DNA of 63,683 bases, filler included, from Octopus bimaculoides (lineage: Eukaryota), in the NCBI RefSeq assembly GCF_001194135.2. It is 5 parts of 4 records of this genome, joined end to end, with 100 filler letters (N's around TTAATTAATTAA, not from the genome) between each part and the next. Parts side by side here need not be neighbours in the genome. Positions count along the whole stretch, not along the records: positions 61,762 to 63,683 come from NW_026394494.1; 4 more parts are not named here. One strand, given 5' to 3'. Shown in pieces: positions 61,762-63,683 of this stretch. A program made the position numbers and the translations under genes. Position 1 is the stretch's first letter, and each line of letters starts with the position of its first letter. Below the pieces are notes generated by a model. That model saw only the letters and a program-made list of their open reading frames with translations. It ran no database searches and was not told the origin of the DNA.

Positions 61762-63683
61762 ACATCAATAACCACAACAACATCAATACCCACAACAACA
61801 TCAATACCCACCACAACATCGACACCGACAACAACATCAACACCCACCACAACATCAATTCCCACAAAAACATCAATACCCACAACAACATCAATACCCA
61901 CAACAACATCAATACCAAAAACTACATCTATACCCACAACATCACTACCAAAAACTACGTCAATACCCACAACAACATCAATATCCACAACAACATCTAT
62001 ACCAACATCAACATCAATACCCACAACAACATCAATACCCACAACAAAATTAATTCCCACAACATCAATACCCACAACAGCATCAATATCCACCACATCA
62101 ACACCCACCACAACATCAATGCCCAAAACAACATCAATACCCACCACAACATCAATACCCACAACAACATCAATACCAACACCAACATCAATACCCACAA
62201 CAACATCAATACCCACAACAACATCAATACCCACAACAACATCAATACCCACAACAACATCTATACCCACAATAACATCAATACCCACAACATCAATACC
62301 CACAACAACATCAATACCNNNNNNNNNNNNNNNNNNNNNNNNNNNNNNNNNNNNNNNNNNNNNNNNNNNNNNNNNNNNNNNNNNNNNNNNNNNNNNNNNN
62401 NNNNNNNNNNNNNNNNNNNNNNNNNNNNNNNNNNNNNNNNNNNNNNNNNNNNNNNNNNNNNNNNNNNNNNNNNNNNNNNNNNNNNNNNNNNNNNNNNNNN
62501 NNNNNNNNNNNNNNNNNNNNNNNNNNNNNNNNNNNNNNNNNNNNNNNNNNNNNNNNNNNNNNNNNNNNNNNNNNNNNNNNNNNNNNNNNNNNNNNNNNNN
62601 NNNNNNNNNNNNNNNNNNNNNNNNNNNNNNNNNNNNNNNNNNNNNNNNNNNNNNNNNNNNNNNNNNNNNNNNNNNNNNNNNNNNNNNNNNNNNNNNNNNN
62701 NNNNNNNNNNNNNNNNNNNNNNNNNNNNNNNNNNNNNNNNNNNNNNNNNNNNNNNNNNNNNNNNNNNNNNNNNNNNNNNNNNNNNNNNNNNNNNNNNNNN
62801 NNNNNNNNNNNNNNNNNNNNNNNNNNNNNNNNNNNNNNNNNNNNNNNNNNNNNNNNNNNNNNNNNNNNNNNNNNNNNNNNNNNNNNNNNNNNNNNNNNNN
62901 NNNNNNNNNNNNNNNNNNNNNNNNNNNNNNNNNNNNNNNNNNNNNNNNNNNNNNNNNNNNNNNNNNNNNNNNNNNNNNNNNNNNNNNNNNNNNNNNNNNN
63001 NNNNNNNNNNNNNNNNNNNNNNNNNNNNNNNNNNNNNNNNNNNNNNNNNNNNNNNNNNNNNNNNNNNNNNNNNNNNNNNNNNNNNNNNNNNNNNNNNNNN
63101 NNNNNNNNNNNNNNNNNNNNNNNNNNNNNNNNNNNNNNNNNNNNNNNNNNNNNNNNNNNNNNNNNNNNNNNNNNNNNNNNNNNNNNNNNNNNNNNNNNNN
63201 NNNNNNNNNACATCAATACCAACAACAACATCAACACCCACAACAACATCAATACCCACAACATCAATACCCACAAAAACATCAACACCCACAACAACAT
63301 CTATACCCACAACATCAATACCCACAACAACATCAATACCCACCACATCAATACCCACAACAACATCAATACCCACAAATACATCAATACCAACAACATC
63401 AATACCCACAACATTAATACCAAAGACAACATCAACACCAACAACAACATCAACACCAACAACGACATCAATATCCACAACCACATCAATACCCACAACA
63501 TCAATAACAACAGCAACACCCACAACAACTTCAATACCCACAAAAACATCAAGACCAACAACAACATCAACACCCACAACAACATCAATTCCCACAACAA
63601 CATCAATACACACAACAACGACAATACCCACAACAACATCAATACCTACAACAGCATCAACACCCACAACAACATCAATGCCA
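61762..63683. repeat. 18-bp (15-bp variant) minisatellite ACAACAACATCAATACCC, spanning a gap to the window end
   Basis: Tandem units directly visible; one + frame reads (PTTTSI)n and a - frame reads (VVGIDV)n. Confidence 0.95.

Noticed and set aside
61710-63667. (VVGIDV)n and (LLWVLM)n minus-strand ORFs; CRISPR-like regularity
   Set aside because: Alternative frames of a minisatellite; the units are contiguous with no unique spacers and no cas genes are present.

Overview
AT-rich, microsatellite-dense animal DNA with many assembly gaps. The SINE families, the dense (TA)n/(CA)n/(TAA)n tracts and the N-embedded TTAATTAATTAA spacers are most consistent with a cephalopod (Octopus-like) draft genome; this is an inference, not a database match. 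Most of the window looks like intronic or intergenic sequence filled with decayed mobile DNA: several tRNA-derived SINE families; at least four Penelope-like (GIY-YIG) elements or pLTRs carrying hammerhead-ribozyme motifs; Tx1/L1-like, RTE, R4/Dong and Hero non-LTR elements; an internally deleted Gypsy LTR element with TSD; a probable DIRS remnant; two Tc1/mariner relics; and a piggyBac-type MITE. No complete host gene is visible. One strong + strand internal exon (16837-16953) and a few weaker phase-compatible exons suggest a large intron-rich gene. The most striking observation is a Penelope element (36825-38722, - strand) whose GIY-YIG endonuclease has an exactly 200-codon, stop-free, N/S/T-rich in-frame insert between the GIY-like and YIG motifs. 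The same element has a type I hammerhead, a YY1+ETS motif pair and an inverted pLTR joined by microhomology. All calls come from manual motif recognition; no searches were run, and most element boundaries are approximate.
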